A stretch of 64,000 nucleotides of DNA from Candidatus Komeilibacteria bacterium S5_K13 (lineage in GTDB: Bacteria; Patescibacteriota; Patescibacteriia; UBA1558; S5-K13). The notes below the pieces were generated by a model that saw only the letters and a list, made by a program, of their open reading frames with translations, searched no databases and was not told the DNA's origin. The DNA lies in contig JAEHGL010000002.1 in assembly GCA_019248485.1 (NCBI GenBank), forward strand, positions 1,324 to 65,323, read 5' to 3'. The position numbers were made by a program, and so were the translations under genes. Of this stretch, positions 10,152-12,390 are shown one piece after another (within the stretch, counting starts at the first letter, position 1; every line of letters begins with the position of its first letter).

Positions 10152-11753
10152 TTATTTTTTTATGTATGCAAGCGTATTTGAATCTTCGTAGAGCATTGTC
10201 CACTCACTAGAGCCTTTTATATAATCTATAACAACATTTTCTTTGTTGTTTAGTTTTGCCTCATTAATTTTTAGTATATTTTTTTCAAACCAGTCTAGTC
10301 TGGTATCTGTTTTTTTGTTAAAAACTATCATATTGATTTTATATTCAGATAGTTTGTTATAAACACTGCTTTTATCAAAAAAATTATAGTATTCCTCTAG
10401 AATAGTTTTGTCTTTGAATTCGTATTGAGGTAGGCGCCCATCAATAAAAAGTCTCATATCAGGATGATTGTATATGAAATATCCTCCCCATGTATAATAA
10501 TTAAATATTTTGTATTTTTTGTATTGAGGGTTGATGTCTAAAAATTTTGAAAATTCACAAGGGTAATAATTACAATAATTACTAAAAGGATTGCTGGTCG
10601 GTTTTATAAAAGTAATGATATATATAGAAAATACTAACATTAAAAAAATAGCAACAATTTTCAAAAACTCTATTTTTATGTATTTATAATAATTTCCAAA
10701 TAATTCGTCTACAAAGATAGTCAAAAAGAAAAATGAACTAATAAATAAAAGTGGCATATGCCTAAGAGATGATAGGCTCAGATATATAAATATGATAGTG
10801 ATTAATAATTGCCAATAATAAATATTTTTGACATGCTTTTGTTTGATTGATATTTTTTCAAATATAAGTATGAAAATTATTACTACTATTACGAGTGCTA
10901 TATAAAATAATTTTGGATATTGAAGTGGTATAAAAGCAAGTGGAGATAGCCATTCTTGAATATGAAATTTGTAAAACGAGTCTCTGTAGTCATATAGGAA
11001 TTTATATAAATTAAGCCCATAAGGGGTTATTAATGTTGCCAAAAAAGAAAGAAGCGCGGTAATGCCCAATAATTTTATGTGTTTTAATTCAAATATTTTT
11101 ATATCTCGTTTCAGTGATTTTCTATTTAGTAAGAAAAAGATGATGTCTATAAGTAGTTTAAAAAATAATACAAAAAGTCCTATAAGAAATCCAGCGTGCA
11201 TACAGGCCCAAACAAAAAATAAGATTATAGTAAATATTGTTGTGGACATTTTTTGTTCTGACTTGAGCTTATCTAGAAGAATAAAAAGTATTATAAGAAA
11301 TAAGAATGTGATTTCTTGCATTCTTACTCCAAAACTAGAAAGACATGCAAAGAGCCCCAAGATTTGTATTAAGCCTATGAAAATATCAGATTGCAAATTA
11401 TTAATATATTTTTTCTTTGCATGAAGATTAAGTAGGATCATTCCTAAGAGTGGAACAAGTGCAAAAATTATACTAAGAGTAATATATCCAAAATTTTGGA
11501 ATATGGAATATGTAATGAGATTTAGTAGCCATTCATGATCAACCCAATTTTGATCTTTAAGTGTCCACATGTATGTTTGTGATGTTGGGACATGATTGTT
11601 TTGAAGTATTTCTTCCCCCACTCTTAGATGCCAGCCTAAGTCAGGATCAAGATATGAAAAAGAGTTTTTTAGCAGGACTAAGAATATTAAAATATAAAAA
11701 ACTAGCCAAAAGGCATAGGTGATTATTTTTTTATAGTTTAATTTTTTTATCAT
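10152..11753 (-). CDS. polytopic membrane protein, possible GT-C-fold glycosyltransferase
   Basis: 533 aa, >10 TM helices, a first extracytoplasmic loop with acidic residues (WVDHEW) and a ~140-aa C-terminal soluble domain. Confidence 0.4.
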   Translation of the reverse strand: MIKKLNYKKIITYAFWLVFYILIFLVLLKNSFSYLDPDLGWHLRVGEEILQNNHVPTSQTYMWTLKDQNWVDHEWLLNLITYSIFQNFGYITLSIIFALVPLLGMILLNLHAKKKYINNLQSDIFIGLIQILGLFACLSSFGVRMQEITFLFLIILFILLDKLKSEQKMSTTIFTIILFFVWACMHAGFLIGLFVLFFKLLIDIIFFLLNRKSLKRDIKIFELKHIKLLGITALLSFLATLITPYGLNLYKFLYDYRDSFYKFHIQEWLSPLAFIPLQYPKLFYIALVIVVIIFILIFEKISIKQKHVKNIYYWQLLITIIFIYLSLSSLRHMPLLFISSFFFLTIFVDELFGNYYKYIKIEFLKIVAIFLMLVFSIYIITFIKPTSNPFSNYCNYYPCEFSKFLDINPQYKKYKIFNYYTWGGYFIYNHPDMRLFIDGRLPQYEFKDKTILEEYYNFFDKSSVYNKLSEYKINMIVFNKKTDTRLDWFEKNILKINEAKLNNKENVVIDYIKGSSEWTMLYEDSNTLAYIKK

Positions 11754-11810
11754 ATTTTATATTTACTCTATTTAATAGTATAGTGGATTTAATACAAAAA
11801 TAATAGATTT

Positions 11811-11840
11811 CAAAAAACAGGCATCTGATTCAGATGCCTG
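11811..11840 (-). terminator. intrinsic terminator (hairpin plus U-run on the minus strand)
   Basis: caggcatctga-ttc-agatgcctg perfect 10-bp stem followed on the minus strand by UUUUUU. Confidence 0.6.
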
Positions 11841-12296
11841 CACTATTTTTAAAAGTTATTATAACGATCGGCGAAAGTGTTAGTCTGATACTACCGATAT
11901 TGTATCAGATTACGAGGTTACATTGGTTGTAGTGCTATAGCTTTCTATCGAGCTTCTAGCTGGTAACCTCGTTGAGTAAGTAAATGATTTTCATTTCCTT
12001 CTCCGTTTTACTTGGCCTATTAAAGCCTGCCAACGTCCTTATGAACTTTAAAAAAGTTCGTTTGAAAAAGTTGTTAGTTCTCTCTCAGGGGAGAATCCCT
12101 AGACACTCGTCAGAGTTCTTGGCGCCTCATTACCCTACCTCAGAGTGTCTATTTTAGTAGGATGAGGCGATGTAGGTCGTCTTGGTACTGCCGACGTGGA
12201 CAAATCTGTTAATAAACAGATACGGATGGCGTCAGGGCTTGTACCAGGAAGAATACGCAGTAATACCATGTTTCCTCCCCGTTATAGATTACGCAT
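11818..12296 (-). ncRNA. GC-rich pseudoknotted structured RNA candidate, family not recognised
   Basis: ~480-nt ORF-free island, ~45% GC against ~30% background, bounded by a canonical minus-strand promoter and the terminator at 11811-11840. Nested pseudoknot-forming stems: tagacactc/gagtgtcta, gcgcctcat/atgaggcg, cctac/gtagg, tctgatac/gtatcaga with atcgg/ccgat. The plus-strand N-terminal extension of ORF 12196 is judged spurious. Confidence 0.45.
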
Positions 12297-12302
12297 ATGG
12301 CA

Positions 12303-12332
12303 ATTATATTATAAGTGTCGTTATTTTGTCAA
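12303..12332 (-). promoter_or_regulatory. sigma70-type promoter TTGACA-N18-TATAAT reading leftwards
   Basis: Reverse complement of 12327-12332 is TTGACA and of 12303-12308 is TATAAT, with an 18-nt spacer; predicted TSS near 12296. Confidence 0.5.
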
Positions 12333-12390
12333 GCTTACATTTTTAGGGATGGTTTTTATTGTTTTTTTCATATATAATTCCCATACGATT

